NCBI GenBank assembly: GCA_964577685.1
Contig: CAZNZT010000005.1
Span: 4,185-68,184, forward strand
DNA: 64,000 nucleotides
Direction of reading: 5' to 3'
From: an uncultured Methanosarcinales archaeon
Lineage (GTDB): Archaea; Nanobdellota; Nanobdellia; Woesearchaeales; JACPBV01
The translations under genes were made by a program, and so were the position numbers. A model generated the notes under the pieces. That model was given only the letters and a program-made list of their open reading frames with translations, ran no database searches and was not told where the DNA came from. Shown here in pieces: positions 1-9,243 of the stretch (its first letter is position 1; every line of letters starts with the position of its first letter).

Positions 1-1
1 T

Positions 2-1585
2 TTTGATAAACCTTAATTCATCAAATTCTTTCTCTTCCTCAACTTTAACTTTCTTTAAATCAATATCTATTTCCATTTCTGGTATTTGTTCTATTATAGG
101 TCTTTTTCTAACAGGTTTCTTAATAGACTCTATTGCTTTTTCTATCTTTTTCTTTTCCTTTCCTTCTAGTTTTAATTTTTTTAGTTCTTCTTTTTTCTTT
201 ACCTTCTCAAGTTTCTTTCTTAGCTTTTCTTCTAACTTTTGTTTTCTTGCTTCTTCTTTTTTTCTTTTTAGTTCTTCTTTTAGTTTTAATTTTTCTTGCT
301 TCTTTTTTAGTTTTTCTTCTCTTTTCTTTTTCTTTAATTCTTCCCTTAGTTTTTTCTTTTTTTCTTTCTCTCTTTGTCTTCTTCTTTTCTCTAGGAGTTT
401 TTTTCTTCTTTCTTCTCTTTTCTTTCTTAGTTTTTCTTCCTTTTTCTTTCTTAACTTTTCTTCTAGCTTTCTTTTTCTTGCTTCTTCTTTTTTTCTTTTT
501 AGTTCTTCTTTAGTTTTTTCTTCAACAGGTTTTTCTTTTTCAAGTTCTTTGAATAACTCCTTAATAGTTGACTCTTCCTTGTAAATTTTTTCTTTCTCTA
601 ACTCAGAAATAAGTTCTGGTGGAGGCGGCGGGGGTATTTCTTCCTCGGATTCCTTTGGTTTTTTAACTGCAGATGTTGTTTTTTCCTTTTTCTTTCTTGA
701 CTCTTCTTCTAATTTTTGTTTTCTTGCTTCTTCTTTTTTTCTTTTTAGTTCTTCTTTTAGTTTTAATTTTTCTTGCTTCTTTTTTAGTTTTTCTTCTCTT
801 TTCTTTTTCTTTAATTCTTCCCTTAGTTTTTTCTTTTTTTCTTTCTCTCTTTGTCTTCTTCTTTTCTCTAGGAGTTTTTTTCTTCTTTTTTCTTCTTTCT
901 TTCTTAGTTTTTCTTCCTTTTTCTTTCTTTTTAGTTCTTCTTTTAGTTTTTTCTTTCTCTCTTTTTCTTTTTTCTTTTCTAGTTTTTCTGCTAGTTTTCT
1001 TTTTTTTGCTTCTTCTTTTTGTTTTTTCAATAATTGTTTTTTTCTTAACTTTTCTTCTTTCTTCTTTCTTTTTAGTTCTTCTTTAATTCTCTGTTTTCTT
1101 TTTTTCTCTAACAATGCTTGTCTTATTTTTTCCTGTTCTTTCTTCTCTTCCTCCTCCAACCTTTGCATTTCTTCCAACTCTTTTCTTCTCTCTGCCATTA
1201 AAAGCTCTCTAATTCGTTTTTCCTTTTCCCTTTGTTTTCTCTTCCTCAACAACTCTTTTAGCCTTCTCTTGTTTAATTTTTGCTCAAGTTTTCTCTTTTT
1301 TCTCTCTGCTTTTTCTAGTGCGAGTTCGCTTAGTTTCTTCAGTTTTTCTAGCTCCTTTAGCCCTCTTCTTATTTTTTTCTCTCTTCTTCTTTCTTTTATT
1401 CTCTGGCTTATTCTCTCAAGAAAGCTTCGTTTTCTTAATGTAACAGAATTCTTAGTATGGTTGGGTGGCAATGGAACTTTGTTTAGTCCTTCATTTGGTT
1501 TATTTTTAGGGCTATCTTTGTCATTAGAACTAGGCAATTCAAAGCTAATCTCTACCACCCCTTTTTTATATTTTGTTTTATACAT
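2..1585 (-). CDS. Lys/Glu/Arg-rich low-complexity coiled-coil protein, 3'-truncated at window edge
   Basis: Not in the ORF track; translated by hand. ATG at 1585 gives MYKTKYKKGVVEISFELP...KEELKRKKKEEKLRK...EIPPPPPELISE, and the frame stays open in all segments checked down to position 2. The + strand F/S/L ORFs are its antisense shadows. Confidence 0.8.
   Translation of the reverse strand, partial: MYKTKYKKGVVEISFELPSSNDKDSPKNKPNEGLNKVPLPPNHTKNSVTLRKRSFLERISQRIKERRREKKIRRGLKELEKLKKLSELALEKAERKKRKLEQKLNKRRLKELLRKRKQREKEKRIRELLMAERRKELEEMQRLEEEEKKEQEKIRQALLEKKRKQRIKEELKRKKKEEKLRKKQLLKKQKEEAKKRKLAEKLEKKKEKERKKKLKEELKRKKKEEKLRKKEEKRRKKLLEKRRRQREKEKKKKLREELKKKKREEKLKKKQEKLKLKEELKRKKEEARKQKLEEESRKKKEKTTSAVKKPKESEEEIPPPPPPELISELEKEKIYKEESTIKELFKELEKEKPVEEKTKEELKRKKEEARKRKLEEKLRKKKEEKLRKKREERRKKLLEKRRRQREKEKKKKLREELKKKKREEKLKKKQEKLKLKEELKRKKEEARKQKLEEKLRKKLEKVKKKEELKKLKLEGKEKKKIEKAIESIKKPVRKRPIIEQIPEMEIDIDLKKVKVEEEKEFDELRFIK
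227..928. repeat. Intragenic direct repeat of ~225 bp (227-451 and 704-928)
   Basis: Near-identical copies offset by 477 nt (in frame); for example ctaggag at 391 and 868. Confidence 0.85.
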
Positions 1586-1698
1586 ACTTATTTATAAAGT
1601 TTTGGTTTTTTATTTTCAATGTCTTTTGTAACATTTGTTATCACTATGCTATAGTTAAAAAGGAAAGATTTTTATATTTGGGTTTAAACCTACCTAGT

Positions 1699-2388
1699 AT
1701 GGAAAAAGCTAGGCAGTATAGGATTCTGGTTGTTGATGAGAGAGGAGGTATTTGTGATATTATTGATGCCTTGGGGGATAAATACTCTATTGAACATAGA
1801 ACCAGAGCAAATGACTCTCTTGGTTCTGGAAGGTATAATTATGACTGCATCTTAGTTAATGCTTCATCGTATGACAAAAGCCTAGAGTTTTTGTCTAGGG
1901 CAAAGAAGAATGATCCTACATCTGCTGTTTTGGTTGTTGCAAATTCCTTTGATGTAGGTATTAATGAGGCCTTAGAATATATGAGGATGGGTGCTTATGA
2001 CCTTATATTACCAGACAAGGATGGAGAAATAAAGCCAGAATACCTTGAGGACAGAATTCGGGCTGCTATTGGAAAAAGGAGGGGACTATTATTGAATGTA
2101 AAAACTGAGGCTCTTGATGAAGCATCGCGTGCTATTATGGATGGTGTAAACAACCCACTGACGATTATATATGGATGGCTACAAGAGATAAGAAATGGGG
2201 TGGGAATTACAGATGAAATAATAAATGAAATGACAAAAGCATGTGGTGATATAAGAGATGTGGTTGCTTCATTGCAGATAATAGTAGAAAATGGAAAAAA
2301 CGGTGTAGAAATTCCTTTAACCCCGTCCCCTACAGGAGGTCGTATGCTTTATATGAAAGATAGGGGTAAAGAAAGAAAAGGAAATTAA
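1699..2388 (+). CDS. Degenerate receiver (REC) domain plus HisKA-like helix protein
   Basis: YRILVVDE...YDCILVN...MGAYDLI fits a REC fold; DGVNNPLTIIYG resembles an H-box. Likely start is ATG 1699. Confidence 0.7.
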   Translation: MEKARQYRILVVDERGGICDIIDALGDKYSIEHRTRANDSLGSGRYNYDCILVNASSYDKSLEFLSRAKKNDPTSAVLVVANSFDVGINEALEYMRMGAYDLILPDKDGEIKPEYLEDRIRAAIGKRRGLLLNVKTEALDEASRAIMDGVNNPLTIIYGWLQEIRNGVGITDEIINEMTKACGDIRDVVASLQIIVENGKNGVEIPLTPSPTGGRMLYMKDRGKERKGN

Positions 2389-2705
2389 GTATAATCTCTC
2401 CAAGTATGACCGCATTTTTTACATTTAAGGAACTTTGTTTCTGGTTCGTCTCCTGCTCTTGTTTGCACAGTCCAAAACTTTGCTTTTCTGTGGCCACATT
2501 TTGGACATTCTACATCTATTGTTGGCAATATATCTATTTTATTATGCTTCTCAACTACTTCAATTCCTTTTTTCTTAGACTCAACTTTTTCTTTTAGTTT
2601 AGCAATATCTGTATTATCGCTCCTATAACCACAAGAGCAAACAAGTATTCTTTTCTCTCCCTCTTTCTTAGGTACTAGTATTGAACCACACTTTGGACAA
2701 AACAT
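2385..2705 (-). CDS. tfs: Transcription factor S (TFS/RpoM-like)
   Basis: Two Zn ribbons; C-terminal QTRAGDEP motif. Confidence 0.93.
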   Translation of the reverse strand: MFCPKCGSILVPKKEGEKRILVCSCGYRSDNTDIAKLKEKVESKKKGIEVVEKHNKIDILPTIDVECPKCGHRKAKFWTVQTRAGDEPETKFLKCKKCGHTWRDYT

Positions 2706-2708
2706 TTT

Positions 2709-3296
2709 CTATCTAAATAAACTTATTAACTCCACAAACCAGATTTTTATATATCCAAGGAGAGGTATCCTCACATAGGCCTTTCCTAAAACGCTTTTCT
2801 CGCTAATACTTTTTTCAAACCCTATTGAATCAATATTGTGATCCCCTTTTGTTTGAAAATAGTATTTATCATTATTTTTCCATTTTCTTACCACCCTATG
2901 GATGATTGGATCTGGCCTATAAGTTCTAAAGACAATAACATCTCCTATTTCTATACGAGACGGGTTTGTTCCATAAAGAATCATTATATCCCCTTTGTTG
3001 AACCCGTTTTTGAAGTCAAAGTTTAGAAACTGGTCTTTAGTTATATTGTAGGAGAGATACCATCCTTTTTGGGAATCCCACCACTCATCAAAGATTTTAT
3101 CATGCTCCATAGAGCCAGAAACAACAGCTACTATTGGGTATTTAGTGGACAAGATTAAGCCTAGACCGGGATAGACTATAAACTTTATTAAAACAAACGC
3201 AAGTATAACATTCACTATCCAACTCCATATGCTATCATCCTTCCAAATAAAATGCCATATCTTCTTTAATATAACTCTAACCTTGTCTTTGTCCAT
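2709..3296 (-). CDS. Signal peptidase I (archaeal Sec11 type)
   Basis: VVSGSME, GDVIVF, IIHRVV and TKGDHN motifs. Confidence 0.9.
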   Translation of the reverse strand: MDKDKVRVILKKIWHFIWKDDSIWSWIVNVILAFVLIKFIVYPGLGLILSTKYPIVAVVSGSMEHDKIFDEWWDSQKGWYLSYNITKDQFLNFDFKNGFNKGDIMILYGTNPSRIEIGDVIVFRTYRPDPIIHRVVRKWKNNDKYYFQTKGDHNIDSIGFEKSISEKSVLGKAYVRIPLLGYIKIWFVELISLFR

Positions 3297-3330
3297 ACCT
3301 CAGGAGAAGGATAAGAAAAACATTAAAAAA

Positions 3331-4116
3331 CTATCGTTTTTGGGTTTGTTTTAGGAATGTTCCTATGAAAAGAATAAAGAGGATTATAAAGATAAGCACT
3401 AAAAAGATTAATGTGCTTCTCCATATTTTTAATCCAGGTGGGCTGGATTTTTCTTGATATTTCTTTGTATAATCTTCTCTAGGTTTTATTATTGCTTTTT
3501 TATTCTCTGTTGTGGTTCGCACAGGTTTATTTTCTTTTATTGCTTTATTTTTTGATTTTATAATCTTGTGTTTTGCTCCTAGAGCATAAAAACCAAATCT
3601 ATCAAAGCTAGAAACAAAAATGAGATTGTGGTTATCTGAACCTATAAACCTTGTTTCTTTCTCTATCCAAGAATTATTAACCAAAGCGTACATCCTAATG
3701 TCCCTACTAGATAGGTTGTTTTTAATCAACCAACTCTTTTCAATTTTGAAATATATAGAAGCATTTGATAGGCTATCCAAAAATCCGCTAGAAGATAACC
3801 TAAAGAAATTGTAGAATGTTATAGTATGGTCTGTTTTTGAAGAAGGATTTGTATTTAGTAGTTCAAGTTTTATTGTAGCCTTTGTTAGATTCTTATTTAC
3901 ATTAAAGTAAATCCTAGTGAATGGAAGATTATCTGTATCTATATCCCACTTTGTTAGACTATTTGCTTCTATGTTTGCAAAATACCTTGAGATAGCCTTT
4001 TTGATATCAATTTGGATAATATTCTCTTGATAGGTTGCTTCTGTCATCATAGATGAAATAAGCGAAACTAGTAGAAAGAGTAGTAATAAAAAAGAACCTT
4101 TTACCTCTTTTTTCAT
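3331..4116 (-). CDS. Secreted, C-terminally anchored surface protein (PGF-pre-PGF-like domain)
   Basis: Signal peptide; IYFKIEKSWL..NNL...IRMY...W pattern; C-terminal TM helix plus basic tail. Confidence 0.6.
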   Translation of the reverse strand: MKKEVKGSFLLLLFLLVSLISSMMTEATYQENIIQIDIKKAISRYFANIEANSLTKWDIDTDNLPFTRIYFNVNKNLTKATIKLELLNTNPSSKTDHTITFYNFFRLSSSGFLDSLSNASIYFKIEKSWLIKNNLSSRDIRMYALVNNSWIEKETRFIGSDNHNLIFVSSFDRFGFYALGAKHKIIKSKNKAIKENKPVRTTTENKKAIIKPREDYTKKYQEKSSPPGLKIWRSTLIFLVLIFIILFILFIGTFLKQTQKR

Positions 4117-4188
4117 TTTGTTGACAAAAAGATTATAAATGAAATTGCTTTAATAACCTAAAAATTTGCGATTATATATTTAAAGTTT

Positions 4189-4509
4189 ATGAATAAAATG
4201 GGAAAAACCAAGATATTGCATAAGGATTATTATGAAGGGATATTGCAGCTAAGAAATCCAAGTGAAGAGGTAATAAGATGTGTGAAAAACCAGATAAAAA
4301 AGAAAGGGGATGTTTTTATAGCTAAAGAAGTAACGCAAAAGAATGGAGTAGACTACTATATCTCTTCTCAAAGGTTCTTATTATCATTAGGAAGAAAATT
4401 AAAAAAATCTTTTAGGGGTGAGTTGAAGACATCAAGAAAACTTTATACAAGGGATAGGATAACAAGTAAGAGGGTTTATAGGGTAACTGTTCTATTCAGA
4501 TTGACTTAG
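4189..4509 (+). CDS. NMD3-related small protein
   Basis: YYEGILQLRN...GVDYYISS...RVYRVTVLFR resembles the C-terminal part of archaeal NMD3. Confidence 0.65.
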   Translation: MNKMGKTKILHKDYYEGILQLRNPSEEVIRCVKNQIKKKGDVFIAKEVTQKNGVDYYISSQRFLLSLGRKLKKSFRGELKTSRKLYTRDRITSKRVYRVTVLFRLT

Positions 4510-5682
4510 CCTCTCTTTTTTATAATCTTCTAGTATTTTTTCTAAGAACTTCTTTTTGTTTTTTACCTTTTCAAAGTCACTTTTGCTTATTATCCCAAAA
4601 TATTTATTTTCCTCAATGGGAAGTTCATTTATGTCTATAAAAACAAAAGGTAAGCTTGATTCTAGTTTTCTACTGATTTGTTTTTTATAGAATATAACAT
4701 GTATTTTGCCCTTTATTTTTTCTATTGTCTTTTTTGAGATTATATCTGGGTCTTTAACTAGGAGTATATCTCCTTCCTGAATATTTAATAATGTTCTTTT
4801 CTTCTCAAATTCCGTTATTCCAAGATTATCTAATTTTTTTAATAGAACACTTGAGTTCATATTAGCCAAAAAATATAACAGGGTGGTAACCTCGTTTTTC
4901 ATTGATTCTATTTCTTCTTGTTTTTTCTTTAGTTTTTTGTCAAGAATCCTTATTCTTTTTTCTTTGAATTGTAAAAGGGCTTGTGTTTTTCTATTAATTT
5001 GGGATTTATTTATTTGCCTTAGAACATACTCGTAATCCCTCTTGATTATTGCTATCTTGTCTTTTAGTTTTTTATTTTGTTTTCTTAGCAATTCTATGCT
5101 TCTTTTCGCTTCCTTTAGTTCTTTGTAAAGACGAATAAAATCTTTTTCTGACAGCTTTTTTTCTTCTACGACATCTCTAATTATTTTTGTTTCTTTGGTT
5201 TCTGGCTCTTCTATAATCTCTATAGCGTCTTTTATACTTATATCCTTTCCCACTACAAACTCTATCAGTTCATCCTTTATTTGCTCTTTTTGGTAATGTT
5301 CTACAAATATGTTTATTTTCTTGAGTTTGGGGGATAATCTCTTAAAGGCAAAAAGGGCGGATGCTAGCGCATCTAACTCGTGTTGATTTTTTGTTTCATG
5401 TTCTCTTACTAATTGCCTCTTTTCCATTATCTTGAGGTCATAGTCAGGGGTTATTATTCTTGCTCCAAGTTTTGTTGCTAGTTTATCTACAAAATCTGGG
5501 TTATGCTCCTTATCGCTAGCAATAATCAATGGTTTTCCTAAATTTATTAGGTCTGATATTAAGCTACTTATATCAAAATCTTTCTTTGAGTAGACTTTAA
5601 TGACATTCCCTTCAAAATCTATTGCTGCATAGCCCAAAGTTGTGCCTGGGTCAATACCAACTATTAACAATGATTTCTTCAT
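4492..5682 (-). CDS. DUF460 family protein (RNase H-like N-terminus plus coiled coil)
   Basis: LIVGIDPGTT.G.A, IASD and HELDALASA motifs. Confidence 0.8.
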   Translation of the reverse strand: MKKSLLIVGIDPGTTLGYAAIDFEGNVIKVYSKKDFDISSLISDLINLGKPLIIASDKEHNPDFVDKLATKLGARIITPDYDLKIMEKRQLVREHETKNQHELDALASALFAFKRLSPKLKKINIFVEHYQKEQIKDELIEFVVGKDISIKDAIEIIEEPETKETKIIRDVVEEKKLSEKDFIRLYKELKEAKRSIELLRKQNKKLKDKIAIIKRDYEYVLRQINKSQINRKTQALLQFKEKRIRILDKKLKKKQEEIESMKNEVTTLLYFLANMNSSVLLKKLDNLGITEFEKKRTLLNIQEGDILLVKDPDIISKKTIEKIKGKIHVIFYKKQISRKLESSLPFVFIDINELPIEENKYFGIISKSDFEKVKNKKKFLEKILEDYKKERLSQSE

Positions 5683-5735
5683 CTATTAATTAGAAGTTTT
5701 TTTGTCTAAAAAAATTTTTCTGTTTTGCTATTTAT

Positions 5736-5767
5736 TACTTATTTTTAAGTAGCGTAAAATTTATAAG
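5736..5767 (+). promoter_or_regulatory. Palindromic operator candidate plus TATA box of the riboflavin operon
   Basis: TACTTA-TTTT-TAAGTA at 5736-5751, followed by TTTATAAG at 5760-5767, 23 nt before the ATG. Confidence 0.45.
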
Positions 5768-5790
5768 TAACTACTCATTTTCTTTTAAAT

Positions 5791-6435
5791 ATGGATATAT
5801 ACGAATATTTTGAATTGTTGATGTACATTGCAAAAAGAGGTGGGCTCTTTGGAGATTTGAAAAGCTCTACAACAAAGATATCCAAAGAGATAGGAATCTC
5901 ACAACAAACAGTAAGCAGGAAACTTAGGGAAATGGAAAAAGAGGGGTTTATCAAAAGAAAGGTTAGTCCTAGGGGTATTAGTGTAGGTATAGACAAGAAG
6001 GGGCAAGAACTACTATTTGAGATATACAAGAAGTTAGAAGGTCTTTTTGAGAGAAAAGAGAAAGAGATTTTTGGAATAGTCAAAAGCGGTATTGGAGAAG
6101 GTGCATATTATGTTTCAAAGGAAAAGTATCAAAGACAATTTGAAAAAAAGATTGGCTTCAGGGCTTTTCCTGGGACATTGAATTTGATGGTGAATAAAGC
6201 TAAACTAGCACAACTGATTATCACCAAAAAAGCAATCCTGATAAAGGGGTTTAAGACAAAAAAAAGAAGTTTTGGCTCACTGACTTGTTATAAGGCAAAG
6301 ATAAACAATGTCAGATGTGCAATGGTCATACCAGAAAGAACAAGACATAGTGAAAATATAATAGAGATTATAGCTCCTATGAGATTGCGTAGTTTTTTAA
6401 GACTTAAAGATGGAGACAAAGTAGTTTTGAGGTAG
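5791..6435 (+). CDS. ribK: wHTH-CTP-dependent riboflavin kinase fusion (RbkR/RibK)
   Basis: N-terminal HTH (ISQQTVSRKL); SGIGEGAYYV, FPGTLN and P.RT.H...IEIIAP motifs. Confidence 0.92.
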   Translation: MDIYEYFELLMYIAKRGGLFGDLKSSTTKISKEIGISQQTVSRKLREMEKEGFIKRKVSPRGISVGIDKKGQELLFEIYKKLEGLFERKEKEIFGIVKSGIGEGAYYVSKEKYQRQFEKKIGFRAFPGTLNLMVNKAKLAQLIITKKAILIKGFKTKKRSFGSLTCYKAKINNVRCAMVIPERTRHSENIIEIIAPMRLRSFLRLKDGDKVVLR

Positions 6436-6441
6436 ATAAAA

Positions 6442-6918
6442 ATGGCAAAGAAGATTGGGATTGCGGATACGATGTTTGCTAGAGTGGATATGTTTAAGAT
6501 TGTAAAAAAAGCATTAGATGATAGTATGGAATCGGATATAAAGCTAGAGAGATATACTGTACCGGGAATAAAAGACCTTCCAGTTGCATGTAAAAAATTA
6601 ATTGAAGAGTATAAATGTGACATATGTATGGCTTTGGGTATGCCGGGGGATAAGCCAATAGATAAAACTTGTGCTCATGAGGCATCTCTAGGAATAATAC
6701 AGGTTCAATTGATAACTAACAAGCATGTTATTGAGGTCTTTGTACATGCTGACGAAGGTAGAAATGAAAAAGAATTATTTGAAATAGTAGAGGATAGAAC
6801 ATATAAGCATACACTCAATGCTATTGGTCTATTAAAAGGCAAAGAAGAATTATCAAGAATGGCTGGAAGGGGAATAAGACAAGGAAAAGAGAATGTTGGA
6901 CAAATAAAGGGAAAATAA
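6442..6918 (+). CDS. ribC: Archaeal riboflavin synthase
   Basis: IGIADTMFARVDM, YTVPGIKDLPVACKKL and IEVFVHADE motifs. Confidence 0.93.
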   Translation: MAKKIGIADTMFARVDMFKIVKKALDDSMESDIKLERYTVPGIKDLPVACKKLIEEYKCDICMALGMPGDKPIDKTCAHEASLGIIQVQLITNKHVIEVFVHADEGRNEKELFEIVEDRTYKHTLNAIGLLKGKEELSRMAGRGIRQGKENVGQIKGK

Positions 6919-6920
6919 AA

Positions 6921-7424
6921 ATGAAGGATGAATTTTTTGAAATAAAGAAGATCGGAATTATATCTGATACACATATACCGATAAGAGCAAAGAATATACC
7001 AGAAAAGGTTTTTAAAATATTTGAAAGCGTTGACTTGATTTTACATGCCGGTGACTTAGTAGAGCTGTATGTGATAGAAGAACTTGAGAAGATTGCACCA
7101 GTAGTTGCTGTAAAGGGAAACATGGACAGATTTATAGATAGTCTTCCTGAGAAGAGGATTATAAAGGTCAACAACAAATTTAAGATCGGGATAATACATG
7201 GCTCAGGGGATCCATTTAGTCTTCCTGTAAGAGTGAAGAAAGAGTTTAGGGATGTTGATTGTATTGTGTTTGGACATAGCCATAGAGCATTTAATGAGTT
7301 AGTAGATGGGATTCTATTATTTAATCCTGGTTCTGCTTGTGATACTGTCTTTACCTCTGTAAACTCTGTTGGTTTGTTATATATTGGTGATAAAATAAAA
7401 GGAGAGATAATAAGAATAAACTAA
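6921..7424 (+). CDS. YfcE/MJ0936-family metallophosphoesterase
   Basis: SDTH, HAGD, GNMD, HG, FGHSH and NPGS motifs. Confidence 0.9.
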   Translation: MKDEFFEIKKIGIISDTHIPIRAKNIPEKVFKIFESVDLILHAGDLVELYVIEELEKIAPVVAVKGNMDRFIDSLPEKRIIKVNNKFKIGIIHGSGDPFSLPVRVKKEFRDVDCIVFGHSHRAFNELVDGILLFNPGSACDTVFTSVNSVGLLYIGDKIKGEIIRIN

Positions 7425-7435
7425 GGGGTGGTAAA

Positions 7436-7846
7436 ATGAATGAAAAACTTGGTTTTGTTGTATCTGAATATAATGCAGATATAACATACCTAATGAGCAA
7501 AGTTGGGGAAGAACATGCCCAGTTCCTAGGCGCGAAAGTGATTGAGACGATAAAGGTTCCTGGCGCGTTTGATATGCCCCTAGCTGTAAACTATCTATTA
7601 GAGAAAAATGATATAGATGGTGTTGTTTGCTTAGGTGCTGTGGTCGAGGGAGATACTGACCATGACCAGATTGTTGCCCACAATGCAGCCAGGAAGATAG
7701 TTGATTTGAGTATTAAATTTAAAAAGCCTGTTGCACTAGGAGTTTCTGGTCCTGGTATGAGTAGAGCAGATGGCGTAAAAAGAATAGAAAGTTATGCAAA
7801 AAGAAGTGTAGAGTCCGCCCTAAAGATGATTAGAAGACTAAAGTGA
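7436..7846 (+). CDS. ribH: 6,7-dimethyl-8-ribityllumazine synthase
   Basis: VPGAFDMPLA, LGAVVEGDTDHD and KPVALGV motifs. Confidence 0.93.
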   Translation: MNEKLGFVVSEYNADITYLMSKVGEEHAQFLGAKVIETIKVPGAFDMPLAVNYLLEKNDIDGVVCLGAVVEGDTDHDQIVAHNAARKIVDLSIKFKKPVALGVSGPGMSRADGVKRIESYAKRSVESALKMIRRLK

Positions 7847-8653
7847 ACGTTCATCAAATTCAACAATAGGTGTTTTTCCACCTAATATAGCTTTGAATCT
7901 GCCATCTTCAAAGGTTAATGTGAATATATTTACATTAGATTTTGTGGCTCTCATCTTTGCTATTGATATCTCTCTCTGGACTATTCTCCCATACCTTGCT
8001 AGATCTAGGAATATAATTGAATCTGCCAGATAATTCTCAACTATGTATTGGTCGTGTGTTCTTTTATCAGAAGAAACCTCTAGGATAAGGTAAGAAGTTA
8101 GATTCTTTGATCTAAAGAATTCAAACATGTTAAATAGTGTTTCCCTAGGATTTTTAATATTAGAAATCGCATAAAGAGCATTTAGTGAATCCAAAACAAG
8201 ATATTGGCAATATAGGCGCTTTTGTAATTCGTTTATTAGTGTTGATATTGTTGTTACTAGGTCTCCAAATTTTTTTGCTTTCATAATTCTATATCTTGCT
8301 GAGGGAACATCTAGGAAAACAATTGTGCCCATACTTTTCTTTCCTTTGCTAATATAATTTAATCTTGTACCACTGAAGTGGGCAATAGCAACATTAATCT
8401 TTGACAAATCTATATTCAAACTAGATAATTGCATTGAGAAGTTATTAAAAGGTTGTTCAATAGAAATATAAAGTGAATTCTTTCCTTTCAGGGCTTCATT
8501 ATAGATAATATTAAATGCTATAGAGGACTTCATAGTTCCTGTAACCCCGCTGATTAGGTTGACGAAGCCCTCAGGTATTCCTCCCTCTATTTCCTCATCA
8601 AGCCCTTCTATATATGTAGGTATTCTCCTTATTTTTGCTCCCATGTTTCCCAT
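7838..8653 (-). CDS. KaiC/RAD55-like RecA-superfamily ATPase
   Basis: RIPTYIEGLDEEIEGGIP; Walker A variant GVTGTMKS; LVLDSL; KMRAT. Confidence 0.85.
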   Translation of the reverse strand: MGNMGAKIRRIPTYIEGLDEEIEGGIPEGFVNLISGVTGTMKSSIAFNIIYNEALKGKNSLYISIEQPFNNFSMQLSSLNIDLSKINVAIAHFSGTRLNYISKGKKSMGTIVFLDVPSARYRIMKAKKFGDLVTTISTLINELQKRLYCQYLVLDSLNALYAISNIKNPRETLFNMFEFFRSKNLTSYLILEVSSDKRTHDQYIVENYLADSIIFLDLARYGRIVQREISIAKMRATKSNVNIFTLTFEDGRFKAILGGKTPIVEFDERSL

Positions 8654-8729
8654 TTTTAGAGGAAGGGATATAAATATCTTTCTAAATTTTTAGAAAATTT
8701 TTTATAGAGACAATGAAAAATAAAATATA

Positions 8730-9092
8730 ATGAAAACAACAAGGGTCCAAGGATATATCCTGTATGCACTTGGAAAATGGTTTGAAGAAGCAAACAAAAA
8801 GATTAAAGATAAACCATTACAGGTTAGTATCTCAAAAAGCATCTTTATAGATTTAATGAAAAAGGCAAAATTAACAAAAAAACAAGAGCGGGCTTTATAT
8901 AAAAATCTTGAGATACTTGAAAAGAAAAAATTGATTGAATATAAAAATAAGGAGTTAAACCTAACTAACAAAGGTAAAAAGGTTTATAATGAAATAAACA
9001 AACAAGTAGAGCCATATTTTTATTTGATAAAAAAACTAAAAGAAAAGGATCCTGCTTCTTATACAAAAAAGATACAGACGATATTTAAGTAG
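8730..9092 (+). CDS. Winged-helix hypothetical protein
   Basis: ALYKNLEILEKKKLIEY...LTNKGK wHTH-like pattern. Confidence 0.6.
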   Translation: MKTTRVQGYILYALGKWFEEANKKIKDKPLQVSISKSIFIDLMKKAKLTKKQERALYKNLEILEKKKLIEYKNKELNLTNKGKKVYNEINKQVEPYFYLIKKLKEKDPASYTKKIQTIFK

Positions 9093-9243
9093 TAAATTAG
9101 AATTAACCTCTAGAGAGTATATACAGATTCTCGAAAACTTTAAATATTGTAGTTTTTTATTGCTTATCTAGTCAGTTCATCAAAAACTGGCGAATTGGCT
9201 ATCTTTACATAGGAAGAACTTTATTTTCATATTTTTTTCTTTT

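Noticed and set aside
227-928. Repeats as a possible CRISPR array
   Set aside because: They are in-frame coding repeats without constant repeat-spacer periodicity.
1060-1100. Suspected frameshift in the K/E-rich gene
   Set aside because: Codon-by-codon check shows the frame continues (RIKEELKRKKK).
3-1631. Plus-strand Phe/Ser/Leu-rich ORFs resembling membrane proteins
   Set aside because: They are antisense shadows of the K/E-rich minus-strand gene. The same applies to 10209-11030, 11070-11621, 18156-18812, 55953-56630, 57904-58542 and similar ORFs.
7838-8653. KaiC-like gene as a circadian system
   Set aside because: It is a single-domain RAD55/KaiC ATPase common in archaea, with no kaiA or kaiB nearby.
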